A DNA stretch of 64,000 nt. Source: Isurus oxyrinchus. Taxonomy: Eukaryota. The first letter of the stretch is position 1, and every line of letters starts with the position of its first letter. Under the pieces are notes generated by a model. It was not told where the DNA came from. It saw only the letters and a program-made list of their open reading frames with translations, and did not search any database. Of the stretch, positions 52,706 to 64,000 are shown piece after piece. The position numbers and the translations under genes were made by a program. The stretch spans positions 9,486,001 to 9,550,000 of the forward strand of contig JANJGN010000006.1 in NCBI GenBank assembly GCA_026770705.1. The letters run 5' to 3'.

Positions 52706-55700
52706 AAGTTGTAAAGACTTTATTAATACCTAAAGAACACTAGAATGAGTATTTTTGACATACCCAGATTTAATGGGGTAACTCCCAACTTTGGCTTCAA
52801 TTTTACATAGTTTGAAAAAAAATCTTTTATGAATACTGGGCAACTTAATGGTCATCTATTGATTCCTAAAGTTAATACCCACTTGTTTAAAAGTTTACCC
52901 TGTATACCTTGCGTTTTCGGGCAATGCACATCAAACTGCAGAGAAAGAGTTTGCATGCTTGTGGCAGCTGAATACCGCAGATGAATTGTACTCACCCTGG
53001 TAGAGTGTAATGGTTAAATGTAAGGAATAACTTCCTTTGGCTTACTGTCATTATATTTTAGAATTAGTTTTTAGACTTCTCAATAATGATAAGGAATTTC
53101 GAATACCAAACGTGTATCAAAATTCCATTGCACACGGCGCATAATTTTCCTATCTTTACTTCAAATGTTTGGAAAATTTGCGTGCCATGAGGTAGAATTT
53201 CCAACAAGTAGTAAGACTTCTCACCGAAAGCACAAAGCCAGAAAATGAATACATTTAACTAGCTGGGTGTTTGCATTCCATTCTGAGGAGGGTCTGAACT
53301 AAGTTTCACAACTTTTGTGTAGTTTGACAATGTCATCTTGTACTTCTTTACTCCAAATTTCAGGGTTTTGATGATCCTTCACCTGCTCAAGCTGCTTGCA
53401 CATAAACTAATAATGCATGCAGGGACGGGGTCCAAATGTCATTGACTTCAATTAAATCACTTAAATGTAGCAGCAAGTAAATGTGAATCATTGTTGAATT
53501 TACAACATGCTGCTATTTAACACTGGAGGTATGTGCAACATCAGTGAGGTGGTGGGGGAAATGATGTTTCAGGTCAAAGGTAGACACCAGTGTCATGAGA
53601 CGGGGTATCTGGGTTCAGGTGCAACATGTGCACATGAAAGAACTTTTCCCGTTTCCTATTGATCTGTGGAAGACAAAAAAAACTTCAACACAGAATAAGT
53701 TCACTACTTATCTATTTGGCTGCGAGAGTTGAGTCGCATGCAAAGTGCGTTGATGTCATTTAATGTTTCAGAAATCAGTGGATATCACTTATGTTCTGAA
53801 AATCCCACAGCAGAGTTTGCTTTCATTGAGATTATGGCAAGAATTGTACACTTTCAGCCTTGTTGCTTGGGTTTTTTTTAAAGGACATAACTGAAAAACC
53901 CATTGCTAAAATATTTGGCATTTTGAAGGAGTAACAATGATGAATATTCACTGTAGTTAATTGGGATTTATCGTACTAATAAGCATGTGATTATTACAAA
54001 AATTTTATAAAAGTGCTCTCTGATATCTCTTATTCATGTTTTTCTCAGCTGTAACATTTGGTCTAATATCAATTTCCATACGTTATTCAATTTGACCTTT
54101 TGTGCGCAGAAAATAATTTTTGATAACTGGACAAAATGTATCCATAATGTCCCTTTCTTGAGCTGTCGGGAGGTATTGTCAATGTCTATGCTGTCATAAC
54201 CCTGTATTTCTTCAATTGCAGGAAAGTTTTACTGGCCATGAAATTTTTCAGGCCATTATCCTTAAAGCCACAACTGGATTGTGCCCCAGTGATATCCTCC
54301 AGCCCCACCATAGCTTGCAGGGTTAGCAGGAGGGCACCTCATATGTGCAGTCAATCACTTTGGATGGTTTAATAATGCTTAGCTGCCCATACTTGCTTGA
54401 AAACCTGTGCCCAGATCCCCCAATCCCAGTCATTCAGCGCAATTGGGTTTATTGATAAACGTAAAAAATATCTATCTGGGGCTTGTGTGTCTTGGATCCC
54501 ATGTATGTTCTTCCAATTATTCAGCATATTACAAATGTTATAAGGGAAGGTCCTGTCTGAGACAAAGGAATGCTTAGGGAGACCATTGCCAAGGCTCTTC
54601 TCCTGGCTATTGCTTTGCAAGGGGTGGCTATTGCTTTGTAAGGGGCAGACAAAGATTTTATCCCTCACAGGACAGTCAGGGAACTCCAAGAAATGAAGAA
54701 GATCTAATACAATGGGTCTCCTCCAACCTCCACCTGAGGAATCTGAGATAGTGTATCTAATTGCTGTATGGCCTCCTTTCAAAATGTAGGCAGAAATATG
54801 TCCATGCACAATGCATTTGTTTATTATTTATTATTGCTAGATTCGCGAACTTTCAAGTTATCATGCAATAAAATTCTACTTTGTATGTGTGTGGCTCTGC
54901 ATAACTAATTACTGTTGTTTTGTTGTCATTTATAGGACATTGTTAATATTTTCAAGATTTCAAGAAATCCCATAGCAAACAAATCTTAAAGCCTAACAGC
55001 GTGTTTATAAAAATAACCATTATTTAATGAAAGGGAAGAGATCAGGTTTCAGAAACCAGAATTGTGTGTGAAATAAAGAAGTAGATGTAGTTTTAATTTA
55101 TTTTTACAGCATTGTGGTATGGAAAGTTATAGCTTTCAATTAGTCCTTTCAACGAATGTTTACATAATTTCATCAAATCTAGAACCAGTTTGCCCACATA
55201 GCAACTATGATAGTACTTCAAAGCAACTCATTATGCAATGTTTCTGAGAGATTGGGTGCCATTATAATTACAAATCTTTTCCTTCAGGTTAGAATTCGTT
55301 AGTTTGCACAAAGAACGATTGACTCAAAATGCTGGGTTTCTTCATTTCTGCTTTCAATTAATCATGCTTTGAAAAGTTACACTTTTTTTTAAAAAGACAT
55401 TCACAAAGTTTAATCAACACCGTAATCTAAACTAAATTAAATGCATTGTACAAAATGGTTTGTGATGAGAATAATCTAAAATTGTTCACTTTAATAAAGC
55501 TGCTGCAATAATTGGTTGATTACAAATCATCAAAGTAGCCAGTTTATTGGTCCTACTAGAAACGAACATTTCCCTATCAGCAGATCAAAGTTCTACAGAA
55601 AGCGTGGATTTATATTCTGTCTAATTGTAAAAGAAAATGGGGTCGCTTTTAACTCCCAGGTGAGAATGCAGCCTAACGAGTGGCACATCTGGGAGCGACA

Positions 55701-56006
55701 GCGGGGAGGCTCAGAAGATTTTAATGGTCGGGTCTCATTGATGTGCTGCTAGCCAACTTCCCGAAACAAAGCGGATGGGAAGCGGCTGCTCGGCCATTAA
55801 AATCAGGCAGCAGGAAGCTGCTGTTGGGAACCAGAAGAAATGGTTCCCGGCACTATGGTAAGTGGTGAGGCAGGGATGGTGATTAGGGAGTGGGAGCATT
55901 GCAGGGGAGGCCCAAGTTTTCCTTATGGGACCCTGAGGAGCACTTCTGCTTCTCCTGGCCTGCAAGAGAAACTGCAAAAAAATTAAAAATAGCTTCACTA
56001 TTCTGG

Positions 56007-56245
56007 AAAACAAAAACAGAATTACCTGGAAAAACTCAGCAGGTCTGGCAGCATCGGCAGAGAAGAAAAGAGTTGACGTTTCGAGTCCTCATGACCCTTC
56101 GACAGAACTGGAGTTCTGTTGAAGGGTCATGAGGACTCGAAACGTCAACTCTTTTCTTCTCTGCCGATGCTGCCAGACCTGCTGAGTTTTTCCAGGTAAT
56201 TCTGTTTTTGTTTTGGATTTCCAGCATCCGCAGTTTTTTGTTCTT
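56007..56245. mobile_element. Young fold-back element, probably Penelope-derived, with twin hammerhead-like motifs
   Basis: 103-bp arms (56007-56109 / 56112-56214) with one mismatch and a 2-nt centre, plus a 31-nt tail. Perfect 13-bp TSD TTCACTATTCTGG (55994-56006 / 56246-56258). Confidence 0.92.
56111..56151 (+). ncRNA. Minimal hammerhead-like motif with a variant core
   Basis: GAGTT-CTGTTGA-A-GGGTC(ATGAG)GACTC-GAAA-CGTC-AACTC: helix I 5 bp, helix II 5 bp, GUC triplet. Position A6 is replaced by U. Confidence 0.6.
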
Positions 56246-57779
56246 TTCACTATTCTGGGCCTCTTCTGGTCCAGGATCCACTACCCAAGAAGCTTGCCTT
56301 GGCGGGTAGCCACCATGTAGATTGCTAGAGATTAGAGTAGGCCCCGATGATATCTTCAGAGCTCAATCTGCATATTTTAAGAAGGACAGTGGCCTCGGGC
56401 AGATGTCCTTGGCGCCTGTACTTTAAAATTTCTATCAGATCAGAGTGAGAGGCCAGCTGGTTTGTCTCCCACTCCTTGTTAACTGTCACTCCACTCAATG
56501 TTTGCCATGCAAGAAGAGCTAAAATTCTGCCCAAAGTGTTGTGCTGACCTGAACTGTATTTATATTAGTGAGAAAATGGTAAATTATTCCTATACTTCAA
56601 AAGCATAGAAGATTTAGTATATATAAATGTGATCCTAATAAGTGGGGAATAAAGTAAAAATCTATAAAAAGCAACAGGAAAGCACAGTATATTATTTGTA
56701 ACCCAGGAAATTCATATACTTGTGTTTCATCTGCATCAAATAAACTTCTACAGGATATTGAAAGCTGAATTCTTCACACAGTTTGTAACATTTATTACTT
56801 GAATGATCTTTTAAAATTACAAGTTTTTTTTAAAAAAAAGCAACTACAAAAATACAAAATTATTTTAAAGGCATACAAGTCTACGAAGTATTGTGCATTT
56901 ACGAGCTGATAGTTCATAACCAAACCAAGCAAACCAAGCTGGCTATGGGCCCCTTTAATTGGGGTTCCTGCCCATAGCCAGCCCGATTGACACGCAGGAA
57001 GCCCTTTAGGCAGGCAGCTTGGGTCACAGGCCCAAAGCCTGTGAGAGCAGGTCAGTGTATTCTGGGAGTGAGATCGTTGGAAGATGCAGTAACGGGTGTG
57101 CGCGGGGCCCTATTGGAGGGGTAAAGTGGCACCTGATTGTGGGGTTAGTTCTGGATTCAGTGGGCTAGGTGGGGCAGTCTCTACGGTGATCGAGGGGAGC
57201 AGATAGTTTTCATGGGTTCTGACGGCAGGTCTGGGGAAGAGCTGACCAATCATGGTGGAGTGGGTTTAATGGGTCGGTTGTTGCACTTGGATGAACCGCT
57301 CCTGCTCCTCCTGGCCCATAAGTCATGCTGTAAAGACACTTCCCTCGTGGATTCAGCCCTTTTGGCCGCTTTTCAGCTGCTGAGTTTTTCCAAGGCCAGT
57401 GAAACCCAGCTGCCTATGGTTGAAAATAGAATGACTGTTAAATGATAGCAGGCAGCCTCATTATACTATTTTAATGATCAACTTGTTACCTGGGAGCAGG
57501 TTGGTTGGGTGCCTTTGCCCCACCTCTGTTTATAATCAGAAGCAGACCGGTTCAACTGTTTGGGTTTTAAACTCTGAAAACTCCCAAAAATGGGTGAGTC
57601 GGGGTTGTAATATTCTCTGCTATTTTTCCTAAATGTGTGACTACTTCATAAAAGCAGTACATTGTCTGTGAAGCCTTTTGAATTGGCTTCAGTAAGTTAT
57701 TTCTTCCTCTTTTTGTTTATCGTACAGAACTTTGTTACTACATTGTTGTTATCTATAAGTATTCATCTCTTAAACATGT

Positions 57780-58985
57780 GGCCTCAAAATACGACACCTC
57801 TTCCACCACCCCCTGTTCGAACCTCTCTAATTTGGTTTCCAACTGACCCATGGTATCAACACAGTACTACTCAAAGTCACTAGGACAACCCCTACTTTGC
57901 TGTATTCCTCTTGCCCTCTCCACCCAGTCAACATGTTGATGACTTCCATTTTCCTCCACTACCTCTCAGTCATAGTCTACCTCCACGTCACCGTGCTCTC
58001 TTGATTCTATTCATATCCATATGAACCCAATCACTATATATCTTCACAGGGTTTCTCTTACCTTTTTATATGTACAATCATTTCTTGTGTGAATTAAGTC
58101 ACCTTCCTTGGTCCCTCTACCTTTAAATTGCCAAATATGGAGACAGTCACTGTCACCCAAATACCCAGTAGAACCATTGATTCCATTTAACCGTTCTACC
58201 ATTAGACTGTCTGTCTGATATCGAGCCCTGGATCAGCCTTGCCTCCCAGCAGCTCAATGTTGGAAAAACTGAAACCTGTTTAAATTTCATTGGTACCTCA
58301 TCGACTTCCCTTATTGCCTAAAAACTGAACCCAGTGGTACACAACATTGTCTTTCTCCTTGATCTTGAACTGAGCTATTTATCCCATGCTTGACCATCAT
58401 CACCAAGATGCCCGTCTTTCACTTGACAGTATAACGTCACTTATGTCTGTAACTCACTACCTCTGCTCATGAAAGCTTAATCCACACCATCATCATCTTG
58501 AAGACCAGGTTCTTAAGTGTGCCACACACTGAACCTTCAGCTTCATCCTTTGGACAGAACCTCTCAAAGGACAAAGACACATGCACCTTCAAACTAGCTA
58601 TACTGAGCTGGTGTTTTCCAGCACATTAACTTCAAGCTCCTTCTCTAAGTGTGCAGTATTCTCTAGTCATATATGCCAACCTGCATCCTTTATTCCTCAA
58701 ATTCTTGTCTGCTGCTTGTTCTTTAGTTCTCCACTGTCCAGGCAAAGGCTGATCTTTCAGCCACTATCCTTTGGAACACTCTTTCAAAGCCACTTTGCAT
58801 TGTTACCTCTTTCCCTGTCTTCAAAGAATTGTAAAGAAATAGATGTCTTGGTATTCTTCGCCGCCCCTACCCCAATTTCCAATTCTTTATTCCTGCTAGG
58901 TGTCTACTTGCCCCTTTAATTCACCCTGAGTTTGTCTTGTAACCGAGGAAAACAATATGTACTTGGTGTAGGAGAGATATCCTAG
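57780..58985 (+). mobile_element. Highly degenerate L2 LINE fragment
   Basis: QLNVGKTE motif (58250-58273) in pyrimidine-rich L2-like sequence. Confidence 0.6.
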
Positions 58986-59269
58986 CAGTCCATTTACAGT
59001 GTCATTTTAGAGATGAATGCTCGCAAATCCAGCACTTTAACAGATAAATGTTCATATTGTGGAAGAAGTTCTCTCGATTAACAAGTTGCCAAAAAATTTA
59101 ATGAATTACAGAAAAAATGTTAATCAAAGTTAATAAACTGTCCATTGCAATACGTAATAAGAATGGCAAATAAAAGACTTTTGCCCTGCTGATCATTCTA
59201 ATAACCTGCTACATCATTGTTTATTAAAAAAAATCATATGGTTGTCTGTACCTTGTTTTTATGATACAG

Positions 59270-59347
59270 AATGATGAGCAGCCAGAGAAAAATAGAAACA
59301 AGGAGAAAAGACGAGGCAGGCCAGGGAGAAAACGCAAGCAAACAATG
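59270..59347 (+). CDS. DNMT3A: DNMT3A-like second coding exon (NDEQPEKNRNKEKRRGRPGRKRKQTM)
   Basis: Acceptor ...ttttatgatacag| at 59269 and donor ATG|gtaagc at 59348; 78 nt, phase 0-0. GRPGRKRK is identical to the motif near the end of human DNMT3A exon 3 (..KVGRPGRKRKHPP). Confidence 0.82.
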
Positions 59348-61679
59348 GTAAGCACAGATCCTATTGTTAAATGTCCCATGGTTTTCAAATACAGTGAGTC
59401 CTCTGGTTGCTGGTAGGGATGCATTAATGGAATGTCAACGTTCTTATAAGAATATGAATTGATTGGCTGCCTTTGTTCCCTTCAACTGATCCTACGTTTT
59501 TTTTTAAGTCTTTTCCAGTGACTGTTTTATGTTTAGCTCTTTCTTCATAATACAGTCCAACTATTGGTTGAGTAACTGCCTCAGCCAGGCACCAGCACAC
59601 AGAATTTGAAAGAGATCATTCCATATGGCCCTGGGAAGCTTTTTCTTTCCCAGATCTATGTTTAATTTTTTTAAGATGCTGTTAGCTTTGTTTCTCTCAT
59701 TCCTTACAATTTTTCCCATTAGCTCCACTCTACTTTTTGAATCCAGTTTCAACAGCAACACTTTCCATTCTGGTGCTGAAAGGTCAGTGTAATGTTCAAT
59801 AATTTGCTTTAATCTAAACCTGAAAGAAGCACCTCCACTTCACCAACATGGGGGAAGAGTTTCTCATTGTACTTCATTAGAAAAATCATAACCCAGTTCT
59901 TTTTAAATACACTTACACACAGAGGAAACCTACCTATCCTTTCCAAGTTTTCCATTTCACACACCAAGTCGTTTTGGGATCTGAATATCACTCTAGTTTC
60001 ACCCTAATTAGTGCAAAAGTATAGTTTGTAGAACTATTCCATTAGGAACCAGGTTGACACTATCCAACTGCTTTTCACTTTGAGGTGACTGCACAAAGGG
60101 AAGGTGAGTCAGCTGATTTAAACACAGTTCCAAAGATTTTCATCTCATTACACCTCATTTGCATAATTTTGTGTTATAATATTTTACAGACACACAAGAA
60201 ACGTATCACTATTTCTTGTGTCAGGAGTGACATTGAATGTTATACATCAATTATTTGTATTTACTTGAAAATGCTACCATTGGAAGTCACCATAGTCATT
60301 AACTAAACTTCAGTATATAGTTAGTCACGATAGCAGTTGGCAGTATTCAGCTCTTGTTGATGTCCATACATGTGTTGAGTCAAGCTCCCTCTAAACTGTT
60401 CTGCACATTTATGAAAATGTTGAATCATTCTGAAAGTTAACTAAATGCATCTATTCTTGCTAAGTTCCAATTATTAATTTGCCCAGAGACAGCTTCTTTT
60501 GTGTTAGTGTTTGCATCCAAATAGATGATTTGGCTGGCATCTCAACATTATTACCTAAACGTTATAGTTGAAAGCAGAAAGCTGCTCATCTGAAATTTGC
60601 TCTTTGTTAGACCCTGTCAATCACACTTCATAATTCTCTTGTGCATTGGAGCTGGCTTTAAAGAGTGTCTGCACACAAACGCTTATTTTATGTGATATAA
60701 ATTTAATCTATGTGTGCTGAGATTCAGAAGTTCTTGGGTCTCCTACGAGGTACCTTGAGAAGAAAGAGTAAGTTTGAGCAAAAGGTTTAAAAACAAGTTC
60801 GCTGAAACATTAAACTCAAAACAGCTTTCCTTTTTATGCAGATGCTGCCCGACCTGCTAATTATCTCTAGCATTGCTTTATGGGGTTTCAGATTCCTTCC
60901 TCTTCTCATGTTGGCCAAGTTGTTGTTAACTTGGATTTGTTTTTTTTGCATGCTTATTCAGATTATTTAACTGGTGAGGTAGAAACTATAGCCATCTTTC
61001 TGTAAAAGCTGACCTGAATCAATTATCTAGAATTATCTTCCAGACACGGTCTGAAGGAACGTATGCAATGACTAAATCAGCTACATCTTATAGTCAGATA
61101 CAGGTTTACGATAGCCATAATGTTTTGGGCTTTGACTTGGCTCAATCCTTTGTTCAGGACTTATTGAATCAAATGGTAAAACAGTTTCCTTTTTAGGAAC
61201 CAATTATAAAGTTGCTCAGCACCGCCAAGCTGCAACTTTAGCAAAGGAGACACTGAACTGCCATACACTTAGTCAGTCAATAGCAGTTGGAAAAGTAGGC
61301 AATGACCCAACATCTCTTGTTTAAGTAACTTGCTTTATCAGTTTGTGGGATATAAATACAAAAAATGAATGGGACTCAATGCACCAAATCCTACAAACAC
61401 CTCTAATAATGAAAATGTATTTGTTATTGTAGAAAAAAAAGGTAAGAATGTTTTTAAACTTCCATGTTTCATGAGAGTGTAGGAATGACAAGGTCATCTA
61501 ATAAAAGGTTAACCTAGAGAGAAAATGGAAGGGAAAAGGCAGGTTAGGAGAATTTTCAGTGGCTCTAATTTATGCTGACAATTCATCAGTTGTTTCCTTT
61601 AGTCAATGATTTAGCTCAATACTGTACAAACATGATCATGGAATAACCATACTTACATTGATGGTAAACTACTGACAGG

Positions 61680-62500
61680 AAAAGACCAGTTGCAATATTG
61701 AGCCTGTCCCAAACAGTCAATATGCAACAAAGCATCTTTCTTTTTTTTGACAAAGAAAGCTCCAAATTTTTTAACCTTTATTGACACCTTTTCTCTGTCA
61801 TTTGTGTTATCATTTTTGAGTTCTTTTGAACCTTCTTTATTTGTTTTAATATCTTTCCTGTAATTTGTGTCCAAAACAACATGTATTATTCCCCAACTGC
61901 AGCCTGACCAATATCTCTCAGAAATCCAACATCATTTCTTTGTATATTTGTCATTTTATGGGCTTTTCTAGCTGCACTCCAACCCCCACCCCCTCCCTGA
62001 AAGATCTTTCTGTTGCTTCATTCTTTACTATTTCGAGAATACTTCCTTTCAATGTTTTTTTTTCTCCCCAGCTGGACCACTTCATTTCACATTTTCTTGT
62101 ATCCAGCTGCACCTGCCCAGTCACTGATCTGTCTATGCCTTCTTGCAATCTCGTGTTTCTCTTCGGTTGATCTCAAACCCTTAGTTGAGTATGATTGTCA
62201 AACATTCAATATCATTCCTCTTCTGCCCAAGTAGAAATAAATTGTATAACTTATATACAAACGTGTGGACAATGACAGACAGGTAAAGACCCTCTGGCCC
62301 ATCCAACCTGTCCATCACAATATATATACCCGCCACCCCATCCAAAACTGTGAACTTGAGGGAGAGGCCAGAAAAAAAAGTCAGATAAACAGCAAGCCAG
62401 TTTGGGTGAAAAATATCTGGTAAATTCCTTTCTGATCCATGTAGGTGATCAAAACTAGTGCAGAAGATCACTTGAGCCCTGAATTCCTTGCAATGCTTAA
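61680..62500 (-). mobile_element. Degenerate CR1 fragments
   Basis: gaccagttgcaatattgagcctgtccc (reverse of R..L.YCNW) and the reverse 3'-end signature ggtaaagaccctctggcccatccaacctg. Confidence 0.5.
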
Positions 62501-63428
62501 CTTCTGTAATTCCTTATGCATCATGTACTGCAACATGTTTCTGAATAGCACCAATTATCCATTGTTGTCCTGAAATGTGATAATTTGTACTTTTGATGTA
62601 TACCCCTGGAATTCCAACTTAAACTGTCAAAGTTCCACTTGTTTTGTGAGAGTATATTTAGGAGTTGGGTGTTGGTGCTACAGCATCAAAGCCTTTAAAT
62701 TGCATTATGGGATTGTTGCACATTAACATATTTTAATGAAATTTTTCGTCTGCTAGTTTAACAGACATTAAATTGTTTCAGATAGATAGATAAATGGCTT
62801 AATATAAAATAGTGCAAACAATTTCAAACCGGTGCATTTAGTATTTACCCACATTGTTTCAAAATGCAATTTCGGAGCCTAATTTTTATTTTACGTTTCT
62901 ACTTTGTGCATCAGTCACTTTGTCAATTGACATATTCTTCAGCCTAAGTATAGCAGGCATTGAAGCCGGGGGGGGGGATGGGGGTTGGGAAATAATTGGA
63001 TGATCTGGAGCTTTCAATGGGAAGCAGTGATCACAAGCAACATATCTTGGGAAATTGCAGGGACTCCAGGAAGCAATTGTCCATCCATTAATTTTATTAA
63101 TGGAATATCTTGCACTTCTTATCTCTGATTTTCCGAGACTTTTTTCCTGTGAGCTTCTCACAGAATTGTGACGTGCTTAGCAGAAGCAACTGTCCGAATT
63201 GGTAGATAATACACGTAAATATTCTTATGCTGCCGTTGGATCTTACTGTCATAAATACTAGGGTATTTGAGCTTTCCATCTTCTATCGAAACTTGAGACT
63301 TTAGAAAAAGGTGAAGAGAACACTGGGAGTTATTTGAAATGACCACGCCTGGGTTTGTGTTCATGTTTTCCCTTTCTCACCTTTTAATCTTCCTGAAATC
63401 ATTAAAAAAAAATGTTGTTTTTGTGATG

Positions 63429-64000
63429 GGGCAGAATATTGCCGTTGGCGTGTGGGGGCAGGTCCAACACGCCAACGTGTAGAATGACGCTCAGTGCCGT
63501 CGGGCGAGTCTCCTGACGTCATCGCATGTTATTTTGATATTTCGTTCAGCGGGCGAGCACCAGAGGAGGCCGGACTGTCAATAGCCTATTAAGGCCATTA
63601 AAAAAAGGAATTGATGGTTGTTAACAACGCTGCCCGTCCAACCTTAATGTTGGCGGCAGGCGAAGAGCCCAAGTGGCGTTTGCGTTTTTCAGGAAACCTC
63701 ATCCACTGGTGGGGTTGAGGTTTCCAGAAGGTTTTACAAAATAAATAAATGAATTTTGAAAAACACGCAAACATGCCCCCAGCTCATGTGACACTGTCAC
63801 ATGAGGGGACATGTTTTAAAAAATTTTTAGTCAATTTATTGAAAAGTTTAATGATCAACTTAATCTCCCTGAGGCACGGAGCTGCCTCAGGGAGATTGTT
63901 GTGCTCTTTGGTGCGTGCGTGAAAGAGCGCAGGCCCCAACTCTTCCACCTCTCCCTGCCTGCTCATGTAACGCTGAGTGCTACCGGCCGCGCGTCACGTT
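63429..64000. mobile_element. Young CpG-rich Harbinger-like element, left part (runs off the window)
   Basis: Starts GGGCAGAATATTGCC, the same TIR class as at 56532. CpG frequency rises abruptly. Confidence 0.55.

Larger units (their letters stand above)
55640..56532. mobile_element. Harbinger-like MITE hosting the fold-back insertion
   Basis: Right TIR GAGCTAAAATTCTGCCC, degenerate left TIR GGGTCGCTTTTAACTC, GC-rich interior. Confidence 0.55.

Noticed and set aside
54341-54809. 146-aa minus-strand ORF with an adjacent VIDCTY resembling the Harbinger transposase AIDCTH motif
   Set aside because: Only one short motif, in a different frame, with no other catalytic blocks recognised. The ORF includes a 21-bp tandem duplication. 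Too weak to call.
56007-56214. Bona fide miRNA gene
   Set aside because: The hairpin is explained by a TSD-flanked repeat insertion, is longer and more perfect than a typical pre-miRNA, and there is no expression evidence.

Overview
Eukaryotic (vertebrate) genomic DNA, most likely an elasmobranch (shark), judged from the repeat content: CR1 and L2 LINEs, tRNA- and Deu-type SINEs, Penelope-like elements and Harbinger-type MITEs. The window appears to hold the 5' part of a DNMT3A-like gene on the + strand. It has a CpG-retaining, TE-poor promoter domain (~1-8.2 kb), a first coding exon (6159-6298, MMPSNTNTNPALEEGVETQM), a ~53-kb TE-rich intron and a second coding exon (59270-59347, NDEQPEKNRNKEKRRGRPGRKRKQTM). 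Nearly all ORFs in the supplied track are spurious or TE debris. The most notable signals are: (i) small fold-back elements with 13-14 bp target-site duplications whose arms each carry a minimal type-I hammerhead-ribozyme-like motif with a variant core; (ii) a truncated Penelope-like element with inverted terminal repeats and a canonical hammerhead core; (iii) a ~1-kb CpG/GC-box-dense higher-order minisatellite just inside the first coding intron; (iv) a ~217-bp locally templated inverted duplication embedded in a CR1 fragment. All calls were made by eye and TE boundaries are approximate.
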